From Lama guanicoe (taxonomy: Eukaryota): a stretch of 64,000 nt of DNA. Position 1 is the stretch's first letter, and each line of letters opens with the position of its first letter. Position numbers and translations under genes: made by a program. The notes under the pieces are model-generated. The model searched no databases and was not told the origin of the DNA. It saw only the letters and a list, made by a program, of their open reading frames with translations. Below, one piece after another: positions 1 to 13,405 of this stretch. Location of the stretch: the NCBI GenBank assembly GCA_013239625.1, contig MU053559.1, positions 992,001 through 1,056,000 of the forward strand. Direction: 5' to 3'.

Positions 1-50
1 CAGAAATTAACACAACATTGTAAACTGACTATACTTCAATTTTTAAAAAA
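1..50 (+). mobile_element. L1 3' tail fragment in ARAF intron 3
   Basis: aacacaacattgtaaactgactatacttcaa plus A-rich end; the same motif recurs at other L1 tails in the window. Confidence 0.75.
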
Positions 51-438
51 GCAATGTGTGAATGGAATACAAAAGTTAAGAACCCGAGAACAGAGGAATA
101 AATGGAAGGTCAGCAAGGCCCACACAGCAGACAGAGAATGAGGAAACCGAGGAAGGAGAGAGCTGACAAGTTGATAAAACAGTGAAAGGACAAACATGAA
201 TTCTGGGAGGAGGAGACAGAGTGTGGTGAAGACTTGGGGCCCAAGAAGTAGGTAAGTTGCTGACCTTCCAGGCCAACAAACGAACTAACAAAGTAATGAG
301 ACAAAAGTGGGATGGACTCACGGATTCACTGAAATAAGGGAAGATTATGAGAGACTCTACAGTAGAGTGGAATCGAATGACTCTAAGGAGGGGAGGGAAG
401 GCTGGGCGCCCAGTTGGGGGCCGGGGTGCCACACTTAC

Positions 439-542
439 CCCTTGATGAGCCGGTAGACCACACAGCAATCCTGATTGAGACCCCGCACCTTGAGGGCCTT
501 GTCTAGAGAGTCGTAAACACTCATGCCATCCCGGACAGTCAC
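439..542 (-). CDS. ARAF: ARAF exon 3 (Ras-binding domain); gene continues left of the window
   Basis: Encodes [34 protein letters not shown](G); AG acceptor at 544-543, GTAAG donor at 438-434; 104 nt. Confidence 0.97.
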
Positions 543-715
543 CTGTGTGTGTGTGTGCGCGCGCAGATGTGAGGAGTCAGTGCCCGACAAAGTCCCCAGC
601 CGCTCCCCTCGGCCCTCTGCAAAGGCCCCCTTCCAGCCCTTGTCACCCTTCTGATCCAAGACTTATAACCGGATCCACGCCCACCCCTCACCAGCTGTGC
701 TCCCATCACACTCAC

Positions 716-811
716 CACCGTGCGTTGCTTGTTGGGCAGGTACACTTTGACGGTGCCCACTGCCCGGGACGGCTCGGCCCCGTTGGCAGGGGGGCCCCGC
801 GATGGCTCCAT
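716..811 (-). CDS. ARAF: ARAF exon 2 coding part (whole exon 716-870)
   Basis: ATG at 811-809; MEPSRGPPANGAEPSRAVGTVKVYLPNKQRTV matches the A-Raf N-terminus; GTGAG donor at 715-711; AG acceptor at 872-871; joins exon 3 in phase 0. Confidence 0.97.
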
Positions 812-1899
812 GGAGCCTAGGACTTTGTCAAGACGGGCTGAGGTGGGGCTGGGCAGGTGCCATGGGGCTCCTAGAAGACAGAGGAGGAATTCAGAGGCCC
901 AGTGATGATAGTCTGGAAGCAAAATGGCAGAGGACAAAAAACTCAGTCTCCGGGCTCCACGTCACCCCCTGTAGCCTAATTTCCACGCAGCCCAAGGGAT
1001 CTACTTCCTCCTCTGCTCAGCCCCTCCTGTTGTTTGTCTCACACTTGAGTGACAAGGTCTCGGATTCACTACATAGGGCGGGGTGGGGTGGGGGGTAGGA
1101 CGGAATGAGAGGCAGCACACACTGTCCCAGAGGGCACAGGAGCACATAAGTCTCTGTGCTGGGGACTAACGGGGAAGTCGGCACGCACTGCACTGGGGCG
1201 TGTCAGGTACATAATGGACATGAACAGGCTGTCCTGGCTTTCTAAAGGAGAAGAGGGGTTATCAGATACTCTGGTGTAGGAGGAGTCACAGACAGGGTGA
1301 TGGGGAACTAACAGAGGATCATCAGACACTGCCCACAGTCTGGGGGAAATGGAAATTGCACCAAACAATGTCCTTAAGGGCACTGTGGACATCCCTTAGC
1401 CCTGGGCTGTGATGATGGTAGGTTCAATGATACTGTGTTAGGTGGCAAGTGGGAGTCACCAGACGGTGATGAGGAGTTCATGGAGGCTCAGCAGACACTA
1501 TGCTGAGGGGGAGATGTAACAGGGGTCACTAGAGACTGGGGAGAAGAGTGGATAATGGGTGTCACCAGACATTGTCATGGGGGAAAGGAGGATAATAATG
1601 CATCACCAGGCATGGCTGAGGGGAGATAAATGGGGTTAAAGTGGGGGTGGGACGGAGGGCGTTCCAAAATTCTCCCTCACAACTAATGAAGGGGTCGCAG
1701 ACATAGTACTGGTAATAATGGAAGGAGGCTGGGGAGGGTTAAAGAGGAGCAATGGGGGAATCCTCAAACAGTCTCCTAGTGGGTTAGACATTGATCCAGA
1801 ACAAGGAAAGCGAGGAGTGAGCGGCGTCTTCGCGTATTCCGGTTGGTGGTAAGGAAGGGTCATCAGATACCTTAGAGAAGTTAAGAGGGACTCCAGGCA

Positions 1900-2480
1900 G
1901 GACACACCACAACCCAAACCCCAGTCGACCCGGCCCCGCCCACCGAGAGCCTTCCAGCTCTGCGCAGGCGCGCTGCCACACGCGACGGGCGAAACCATCC
2001 CCCGCAGGCTTGCACCCCTATTCCAGTCTACCCGCCCCCCCGCTGTCGGCGATGGTCTCGCCCCGGGTCAAACCACTCCTCCGGTTCCGGGCGGGGGGCA
2101 CCGGGGCCCAGGCGGAGCCATCCTGGACCTGAGCTTTCGGTCCCGGCTCCCTGCCGGTGTCCGGCGGTCGCTTCAGAAACCTAGCCCTGCCGGGCCCGCC
2201 CTCACCTGTCACGCCGCTACGGCCGCCGCCGCCTCCATCTTGGGCCTGTCTTCTTGTTTCCTCGCGGAGTCCGCCTCCACCGCCCCTCGGAGTTTAGCCA
2301 TTGGCTCCACGGGACTCAGCCCTCCATCCTTATTGGATTAGATTCACGCCTGTCAAGGCAGGACCGGCGGAATGTGGGTCGTGTTCCGGATTAGGAGGGG
2401 CTGCTAGGGCAAATTCGCACGTCCTGACTCGCGCAGGCGCAGTCGGGAGGAGACCTGCGTGCGAGGGGCTTTAACCCCAA
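1900..2480 (-). promoter_or_regulatory. ARAF: ARAF CpG-island promoter
   Basis: CpG-dense; CCAAT on the minus strand at 2300-2304 and 2332-2336; NRF1-like GCGCAGGCGC at 2431-2440 and near 1962. Confidence 0.85.
2206..2290 (-). other. ARAF: ARAF non-coding exon 1 (5' boundary approximate)
   Basis: CCCAAGATGGAGGCGGCGGCGGCCGTAGCGGCGTGACAG|GTGAG resembles the mammalian ARAF leader as recalled; donor at 2205-2201; inside a CpG island. Confidence 0.85.
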
Positions 2481-2894
2481 TCGTGCCGTGATGGAATAAA
2501 GCAGGGCTTTTTTGGGGGGGTGCACTTGGGTCTGACTTTAGAGGTTTCTGAATCTGGGCGGGGAGTCCTTAAGCGCCCTTTTTGCTCCAGTGACCCGGCG
2601 CCCTAAGTACCCATTTGATATTGTCCTATGTCTCAGTTTCACTGTCTCTGAAATGGGTTGGAATCAGACCAAATAGCTGCAACATTTTCCAATTCTAAGA
2701 GACTGTAGCCTTTGACAACAGGGGGTCCATAATGTGGCAGGGGCTGGGGGTCTGGCCCTGCTGTTTTGTGAGGCTTCCTTCAGGAATGGAGTTGATAAGG
2801 ATTTTGAAAAACAAATCATAGATTTGTTGAAGGTGAAGAAGGGAGGGAAGTGTGGACCTGCACTAGGGCATAACGCAGGGAAGCGTGTGGACAT

Positions 2895-3731
2895 TGTAGG
2901 GTAAACACAAAGTTTTTAAAAGTTGAATTTTCAGGGGGAGGGCATAGTTCAAGTGGTAGAGCGCATGCTTAGCATGTACAAGGTCCTGGGTTCAATCCCC
3001 AGTACCTCCTCTAAAAATATAAATAAACCTAATTACCTCCCAATGCCTCCACCCCCTCAAAAAAAGAAAATCCATTTTAAAAAAAGACGATAACCATTTT
3101 TTAAAAAGTTGAATTTTCCCTGGTTTCACACATGAGAGTCTCTCCATCCTCCCTTTTCTTAGCGTATTTCCTTTAGAAAACATGTGAATTCTTTCTCCGT
3201 CCCTACTAGAGGAATGTAATTCTTTTAAAAGGCCTCCAGCCAGTTTTACAACTCAGGAATGTTGTTCTTAAGGGCCTGGGAGCCATCTCTTTGAAATGTA
3301 AACATCAACGGAGATAGCACCCTATCTCCCAAGTCCCTAGGAATTCGACCTAGGCGGCTGGCTTCAAGTCATCACCTGCTTGTCAAAGAGATCTGTGTTT
3401 TATTTTTCCTTTGCCTAAAGGCAAATGGCTACCCCAATGACCAGGTGAATTTGAGATTAACTGTGTGTAGCAAATGGCGGTGTCAAGTTCTCTTGAGGCC
3501 AAGTTATCATCTGTCTTGAGAACATGTATGTCATGGGTTGTATCTGCCTGGCTATAAAAAAGGATGAAGTTTTTTTCTTTCTCTGAAATCTCTTAAGTGA
3601 ATTGCTTGTGAGGCACATCACGGTCTGGTTTAATGCTTATTCGATAATAAAAGTATTTCATTCTTTTCTCCCTTTGTGGAGAAGATTCACTGGGTTGGCA
3701 TGAGATTTTATTTTCAACTATTTCCCGAACA
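2895..3731 (+). mobile_element. ERV1-type solo LTR interrupted by a SINE
   Basis: TG...CA ends, TATAAAA near 3553, AATAAA near 3646; subfamily not resolved. Confidence 0.7.
2933..3103 (+). mobile_element. tRNA-Ala-derived SINE (vic-1-like)
   Basis: A/B boxes, TTAGCAT anticodon-like loop, A-rich tail; 15-bp TSD AAAAGTTGAATTTTC at 2918-2932 and 3104-3118. Confidence 0.9.
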
Positions 3732-3959
3732 GAATGAACGGCCTGTTGTGTTTGAAATGACTACCTTCTCCCGTTAGAAGCCTCAGCATTCCTCTGCGAT
3801 GAAATGAAACAGATCAGAGAAAGGGCATTAGGTGAGGGGGGGGCTCAAAATGCTTCAGCTTGTGTTTATTGAGGGCTTTCTCTGTCTATAAGGAGAGAGA
3901 CAAAAGTTCAACTTACTAGGCTGCCATATAACCTTCATTTCCCATTGCCCCTCTTCCAT

Positions 3960-4830
3960 GCGGGTCTTCACCATTCAACGGCTAAAGTTAAAAAGACTGG
4001 CAATACCACGTATTGATGAGAACGTGGAGCAACTGAAACTTTCATGCATTGCTGTTGGGAATATAAAATGTTTCATCCATTATGGAAACGGTTTGGCAGC
4101 TTCATATAAAGTTAAACATAGACATACTCCGCAATCCAGCAATCTTACCCCTAGGTATCTACTCCAAAAAATATGAAAACACATGCGCAATGGCGTGCTG
4201 GTAAATGTATACCCACCAGCTCTCTAGAGGAAAATAGCTCTAATTTGTAACGTTTGCCAACTATGGTGTAAATACTCCCATCCCGGCTTATTTCAAACTA
4301 TGTACTAATATGACATCACTGAGCTAGAGTTGAGATTCTCAAAATCAGCTCCAGTGAGCCAGCCACACAGCACGCTACTGCAGTATGTCCACACAAAAAC
4401 TTGTAGTCAAATGTTCATATTAGCTTTGTTCATAATAGCAAAACACTGGGAACATCCCAAGTGTCCAACAACAGAATTGACAAAGAATCACAACAATGGG
4501 ACCATGGAATACTGCTTAGCAAATGAAAGGGAATAAACTGCTTCATATGTCTATGAAGGTCGCAGACATAAGGTTGAGTGAAAGAAGCCAGACACAAAAG
4601 AGAAATACTAGATTATTCCATTGGCATGAAATTCTAAGCCAGGAAATATAATCTGTAGTGAAGGAAATCAAATTCGTTGTCATCTTGGGGGAGAATGTCT
4701 GGGAAGGGCATGAAGGAACTTTTGGATGTGACTGGGCTGTTCAGTATGTATTTGTCAAAATTTACTGAACTCTATATTGAAAATGGACATATTTTATTGT
4801 ATGTAAAATTTGATCTCTTATAAATTCTTA
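3960..4830 (+). mobile_element. Old L1M(E) 3' fragment
   Basis: Degenerate ORF2 C-terminus and 3'UTR motifs (HTKTCSQMFILALFIIAKHWEHPKCP). Confidence 0.8.
4188..4380. mobile_element. hAT-Tip100 (Arthur-like) DNA transposon nested in L1
   Basis: Inverted termini CAATGGCGTGCTG...CAGCACGCTACTG; L1 sequence resumes on both sides. Confidence 0.65.
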
Positions 4831-7032
4831 TTAGAGGATTTTTTTAAAAAGCTTCTCTGTTCTGAAATTGGATCCCTGGAGCAGGCACCCCTATCTTTCA
4901 GTGCAGGAGCCCTGGCGGCCACCTCAACACCACATGGGATCAGGAACAACTCCAGTTGGAGCTTGGTGAGGGGGCTCCAAAATGCTTACCAGGAGAAAGA
5001 ATAATTTCGTGGGCAAAGGGAGTGTATTTTGAATTTCAGTTCAGTTTTTAATCATCACATTAAAATCATCAGAAGCAGCACGTATTAAAACAAAAATTAA
5101 AACCCGAACTAGCTAATGATGGTTTTCTGACACCCTCCTCGAAATTATCCACCTATAAGTTTGAAGGAATTTTAAGTTGATTGTTGTTTTTTGTTACTGT
5201 TGGTTTTAAATTTGAGAAACGTGTCTGAAAAACATTCAAAATCTGAAGTGTTCACCGACTGCTGTTTTAAGGCTACCCATATCATAGCTGAGCAAATTGA
5301 GGTTCAAGTTGCCTTTACGGAGAGACAGCGCAGAGAGAGTTCCAGGAATTCAAGTTTGGTAAAAAAAAAACAAAACAAAACAACAACAACAACAACAACA
5401 AAACTGTTGAACAAGGGTTCAAGCCAGGGGCACCCTAAGGAATCTTGGATCTACCCCAGCAGTCCTACGTGTCTGAGGCTTTGCTCCGAAACACTCCCAT
5501 TTCTCAAGGCCACTGCTCCCTCGCCCCTGCATCCTCCTGGAGAACGCCACCTCTGAGATCCCATCGCACTGCCTCCCTCTCAGCAACCCATTGCAGGAGA
5601 GAGAACCGCGTATACACATTTTGCACAGGGACAGATGAAGACTTAGCCGGGCGTCCCGACAGTCCTAAGTCAGCGCCCTCAACTATCAGCTCCTCTAGAC
5701 CACCTCAGGGCTCTGCAAGCAGCCACTCTGAGCTCCCGACCCCTAACAGGCAGCGAGAACAGCCAATGGCAATGCAGTGTAGGGCGGGCTTTGGGATGCC
5801 GCGAATATTGATAGGCTGTTCCTCACCGCCCGGGTTTAGGAGTGAAAAGAGAGCTTTTCAGGCGAACTTTCAGACTCCAAGGAGCCACTATCAGACCAGT
5901 AGCTACGCACAGGAGGTGGGCTTTGGGCCTTCCTAGCCAATGGGAGGTGGTGCAGGCCTGAGACTTGCTGCAAACCAGCAACTTTTAAGTAAGTGGCAAT
6001 GCAACTGTAACTATTCCATTTAAAGCGGAGTATGGAAGTTTCCACTTCTGAATAGTCCTTGAATACGTTTTTAATATACAACCCCGGGGTCAGAAGTGTG
6101 GGAAACTTACAAGTGAACCGGAACACTACTTGCAACATTAATTTTCCTTATTAAAAGTCTGTTCTAACAAAATGCATTGAGTGGTACTTTGAATTTTTCA
6201 AAATTCAAAATTTGGTAATTTGTGATCCAAATTGACGAAACACACTATTAAACCAACAGATTGTTTTAAATCAATTTTAAAGAGTTCTTTATATGCTATA
6301 TATAATACTTCCATGTTTTCATAAAATCAGACATGCAGGTTTGTATATTTTCAATTTCCAACCCAAGGATCAGATGAGTTTAGGAAAAAAAAAAAAGGAC
6401 AGTTATTTCTCAGTAAAGCTGGGGTAAAAAAGAAAAAATAATCAAACCAAATAAAGTCTTGTAATTTTGTTATTAAATATTTACTCTGATGATGAAATCC
6501 TTTGGTGGGTATGTTTATTTCTTAGAAATAAAGCAAAACTCAAATATGAAAATATTTAATAGTTAAGCAAAGGGATCAATATGAACCTACAAACTGAGTA
6601 GTGGAGCCATCTTTGAGGTGCCATGAACAGTGACATACATCTCTGGCCCTCCCTGGTAGCTCCCTTGATAGGGATTGCAATCAATATGGTCAGCAATTAA
6701 TTTTATTTTTTAATTAATTAATTAAACAAACAAAAAGCAGTTTCCCCAAAGGAAGTGATTCTGAAATGTCTGCTTTTGGTTTTGATCAGAGATGCATTTG
6801 GTAAAAAATTTCTAAGATTAGCGTATTTATTCCAAGCACTTATACATTGACCCACAGGCCCATCATAGTGGAAAAAAAAAAGTTTAATATCTGTTGGTTT
6901 ACTTCATACATATTCAATAAATTTTTAATCAATTTATAAAACCATCATAAATGAGATTTCAGACAAATGTACCCCAAGTAAATTTTCATTATTTCTGGAT
7001 AAATGACTCACATATGGTCTTTGCTATATCAT

Positions 7033-7118
7033 TTTTTAAAATGGAGGAACTGGGGATTGAACCCAGGACCTCATGCATGCTAAGCATGCACTCTACCGCT
7101 GAGCTATACCCTCCCCCA
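7033..7118 (-). mobile_element. tRNA-Ala-derived SINE
   Basis: Reverse-complement SINE head; flanking direct repeat TATATCAT. Confidence 0.88.
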
Positions 7119-7449
7119 ATATATCATCCTTGACACATTATATGTATATTCAGTCCTTATTATATATAAAAATTCCTTGTAGTTTTTGTGCCACCCATGT
7201 AAATGTTGTGTACCATCATGTGGTATGAAAAATAAATTCTGTTGACACAACATTGTAAACTGACTATACTTCAATAAAATATATTTAAAATGATATACAA
7301 TTTCTACAATTTGATATGCAAAAAATTAAAATTTTATTACTACCTTTAGAGATTTTCTGAAAAGCAAAACAAAAAAAACCAATTCTGAAGTTACCCCAAA
7401 TGCCTTAGGAGTTGACCATTTGTCTAGTTAGAGTGTGTGAGTTATCCCT

Positions 7450-7640
7450 ATGTCCTGCTATGTAACTGTGTGACCTTGGACAAATTGTTTCCTCTCTCTA
7501 TGTCTGTTTCTTTATCTTTAATATTTTCTTTAAAAGTACTTCCGTCATAGCGTTGTTCTAAGAGTCCGTGAACTAATCTACATCAAACTTTACACAGTGC
7601 CTAATGCCTAGTGGCTATGCAGTAATTGTTAGCTATTCCT
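7450..7640. mobile_element. MIR SINE
   Basis: ctgtgtgaccttggacaaatt...acagtgcctaat MIR core. Confidence 0.7.
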
Positions 7641-7959
7641 GTTATCACTATCATCACCACTGATATTGTTAAAGTATCAAAGCAAAGATCTATGTCCCTT
7701 GGCAGAACCTGATGTACAATCCAAGTTCAAGGATGCTGGCAGGCTAACAAGAGATTAAACATCCCAAAGACTCCAATATGAAGGCTAGTTTCATTTCAGA
7801 AGGCTCAACCCCAGCATTGACAGATGTTTTAGCAATCCTGGGGGCCTGCAGGTACCCAGCTCAACTAGTGCTATGGCCTTGAGGAGCTCTGCTCCTTTCT
7901 TTCCCTTTTCCCAGATGCCCTGTAAAGTTTCCTGTTATCCTAATTTTCTGGGAGGGTTT

Positions 7960-10500
7960 TTTGTTAAATCAAAATGAGCATCAGATTTGGGGAAATTCTT
8001 TTCTGCATCTATTTAGATAACCATATTTTTTTTTACTTTGTCATTGTCATTATTGTGGTGAATCATAGTAATTGATTTTCAAATGTTAAACGAATCCTGC
8101 GTTTCTGGGGTAAATCCCAGTTGGTCGTAATGTATTATCATTTTAATATATTATGGAATTTGATTTGCCAAAATTTTGTTTAGAAATTTTGCATCTATAT
8201 TACTGAGGGATATTGTTCTGTAGTTTTCTTTTCTGGTAATGTCTTTGACTTTGGTATGAGGATAATACTGGCCTCATAGGATGAGTTGGGAGGTACTGCC
8301 ACCTCTCCAGTTTTTTGGAAAAGTTTGTGTAGAATTGTTATTATTTCCTCCTTAATATTTAGTAGATTCACCAGTGAAGCCATAGCTTGGATTTTGTTTG
8401 TTTGTTTGGCTTTATTTTTTGGAAAACGTTAACCCTTATAAGTTTATTGAAGCTTGTTTTGTGGCCCCAAAATATGGTCTATATTGGTCAATGTTCCATG
8501 TGCGCTTGAAAAGAATGTATTCTGCTGTTGTTGGGTAGATTAGTCTGTAAGTGTCAATCTGGTCAAGTTGGTTGGTTAGTAGTGTTGTTATAAACTGAAT
8601 TGTGGTCCTCCAACATTCATATGTTGAATTCTAACCCCCAATGCGACTATATTTGGTGACAGGGCCTTTAAAGAGGTAATTAAAGTTCAATGAGATCAGA
8701 AGAGTAGGCCCTAATACAATAGGACTGGTGCCCTTGTAAGAAGAGGAAAAGACACCAGGAGCACACACACACACAGAAAAGGCCATGTGGGGACACAGGG
8801 AGAAGATGTCCATTTGCAGGCAAGGAGAGAGGCCTCAGAAGAAACCAAACCTGCCAACACTTTGATCTTGGACTTGACTTCCAGCCCCCAGAACTGTGAG
8901 AAAGTACACTTCTGTTGTTTAAGCCACCCAGTCTTTTCTGTTATGGCAGCTTGAAGAGAACAATACAGTGTTGTTCACATCTACTTATATCCCTGTTAAT
9001 TTTCTGCCTACTTGTTCTATCAGCTTTTGAAAGAAGGGTATTAAAATTTCTCTTTCTTATTGCAGTTCAGTTTTTGCTTCATGTATCTTGATCCGCTGTT
9101 ATTAGGTGCATGAATGTTTAGGACTGTTATGTTCTCTTGATTAATTAACTAATTTACCACTATGAGATGACTTTTTCTGTGATACATTCTTTGCTCTAGA
9201 ATCTACATTGTGTGATATTGATATAGTCACTCTACTAGTGTTCACTAGTGTTAGCACAATGTATCTGTTCCTATTGTTTTACTTTTAGCCTATTTCTGTT
9301 TTTATATTTAAAGTGTGTTTCCTTTAGGAAGTATATAGTAGTGTCTTTCCTTTTTATCCAATCTGACAATCTGCCTTTTAATTTGGGTGTTTAGACCATT
9401 TAAGTTCAGTGTGATTATTGATATAGTTAGGTTTGAGTCTATCATCTTACTATTCATTTTCTGTTTGTCCCAACTGTTCTTTGTGCCCTTTTATCTCTTT
9501 TTCTACTGTCTTTTGGATTGAGTATTTTTATGATGATTCCATGTTAGCTCCTTTGTGGACTTACAAGTTATAATTCTTTGTTATTTAGTGGTTGCTTTAG
9601 GTTTCATAGTAAACATATTTAACTTATCATAGTCTACATTCAAGTGACAATATACCACTTCATATATGGTATAAGAACTTCACAATAATATACTTCCATC
9701 TCTGCCCTCCTGGGATTTATACTATGGTTGTAACTGCTGAGATATATACTATTGTCATGCATTATAATTTTACATATGTTATACACCCCATAATACGTTA
9801 TTATCTTTGTTTAAACAGGCAATTATCTTTTAAGGAGATTTAAATATTGAATACTTGAATATTTAATATTTTGAATATTTACCTATGTAGTTACCACTTC
9901 CAATGTTCTTCATTCCTTTCTGTAGGTCCTGGTTATTTCCATATGGTATCATTTGCCTTCTGCCTGAAGGACATCCTTTAACACTTCTTGTTCTGCAGGT
10001 CTGGTAGTGATGAATTCTTTCAGCTTTTGTATATCTGAAAGCACTTTTATTTCTGTTATTTTTCAAATTAAGGTTTTTTTAAACTTTTAATATTGAGATA
10101 ATTGTAGATTCACACGTAGTTGTAGGAAATAACACAGAGCAGGCCGTGTATCCTCTTGCAAATTTCTCCCGATGGTAACATCTTGAAAAACTGTAGTTAC
10201 TATCACAACCAGGAAATCTTCTCAACTCAAGGAGTCTACTGGGCTTTATCTCATTCTCAGGCCTGAAATATCTCATTGCTCAGCCTGAAAACTGTCTCAA
10301 GGCAGTAAGCTGAGCAAGCGCAGGGCTCGCCTTGTTTATTTCCCATCTCTCAGGGATCACTCTCCTTCATTGCCTAATATCCAGTGTCTTAAAAAACATT
10401 GTTTCATTTATATTGTCTGGGAGTTTTTTCTTCTTTCAGATGGGAAGTTATATCTGTTACCTGTTACTTACTTAACCTTGGCTGGAAGCAGAAGTGTCTG
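7960..10500 (-). mobile_element. Fragmented old L1M with nested MLT1
   Basis: ORF2 RT remnant (LHKLFQK...[14 protein letters not shown], 8195-8383) plus EN, ORF1 and 5' fragments. Confidence 0.85.
8586..8967 (+). mobile_element. MaLR solo LTR (MLT1A/B-like)
   Basis: MLT1 motifs ctaacccccaatg...cagaactgtgagaa...ttatggcagc...aataca. Confidence 0.85.
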
Positions 10501-10987
10501 CTCCTTTTCTTAAGGACTCCACACAATCCCCAAAACCAAGACCTTGAGTGCTTTTTCCAAAATAACAACATAACTCTGGCTAAACTCTCTTTAAACGCTG
10601 CTGTTTCCCTGAAACATTTTCTCCTTTTTTCACATTGGCAGGAGAAGTTTTGCTGCAGACAGCATCCTTCCTCTTGAGAAGGCCTGTCTGTTATTCCTGG
10701 GTTTAATTCTAGGTTAGCAGTTAAATGCTTGATATAGAAATAGTCTAGGTATACAATACGTCTCAGCACAATATTTCTCTCAATCAGCTGTTTTATGGGA
10801 AACATAAATACCTTCAGGCATAGAGAGAATATTCTCTGAGCCATCTGAAAAACTTTTACTAAGCTGTGGGATTCCATCCTTAGCTTTAATATTTAAAGAG
10901 ATTTTACCAATATATTTACAGGGAACAAGTGCATCAAATGCATTCAGCTCGTTATTTATGGATGAGAATGAAGGCATCTTCACCATA

Positions 10988-12531
<1,544 letters not shown>

Positions 12532-13249
12532 CCATATTTCTCGTTCAAGGATAAGAATCTGGGAACATTTCTTTCCTCTAGATTACACAACAGTTTTGTC
12601 TCTGATTCATGTTCTCAACAACTAGATGAGCAAAGATGATGTTAGCCAAGGGCACGGAAGGAAAATATTTTAAATGTTTCTTATCTGTGTTCCCTTGGGA
12701 AATCACTAAAAAATAACAATTCTTGACATTCACAGATGCACACTCACTTGAAAATCCTTACAATTTTATAGATGATGTCTAATTCCAGTCTAAACATCAT
12801 TCTATCTCATGGGCAGCCTTCTCCAATGCAGAAGGAAAAAGAGATGTCTAAAGGCATTAATGTAGAGTGAGGTGTCCAAAGTTGGGATCAGTCTAGGCAG
12901 AGGCTGGCAAAGATGAGACTGGAACAACTGAGGAGAATCAGACTCCCTTTCTTCCCTCTCTGCTTCTAAAGATGGCGAGGCCGAACTTGCCAGGGACACA
13001 ATGAGGGGACCTAGACCTGCTTTTCCCACCAGGGCCTAGCCAAGCTCTCTAAACCTGTGTCCACTCCTTTATTCCTAATCTTGCTTCTAAAACAATGTAA
13101 TTTGCATTGTAACAGAATAATTTTAATTGATGCTAAAAACACACAGTACCAAAACTTGTAAGAATGCCACAGAAGAGTGGGTTTCTTTTCATCTTTTCTT
13201 GTTAAAAGTTCAGGCTTCCATGAGAAATGGTACTCCCTAATTCTGAAGA

Positions 13250-13405
13250 CAGGGATAAATTAGGAGTTTAGGATTAACAGATACACACTACTGTATACAA
13301 AATAGATAAACAAGGACCTACTGTAGAGCACAGGGAACTATATTCAGTATCTTGTAATAACCTATAATGGAAAAGAATCTGAAAAAATGTCTATATATAG
13401 ATATA
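13250..13405 (+). mobile_element. L1 3'UTR fragment lacking its terminus
   Basis: gggataaattaggagtttaggattaacagatacacacta...gcacagggaactatattc, homologous to the tails at 25200-26385. Confidence 0.85.

Noticed and set aside
2934..3010. tRNA-Ala(AGC) gene here and at six similar sites
   Set aside because: Multiple diverged copies with A-tails and TSDs indicate SINE heads, not tRNA genes
5361..5404. (AAC)n, (TTTTC)n and (CT)n simple repeats here and near 11180 and 28510
   Set aside because: Ordinary microsatellites
5445..5936. 163-aa plus-strand ORF
   Set aside because: No recognisable homology, non-ATG start, low-complexity composition
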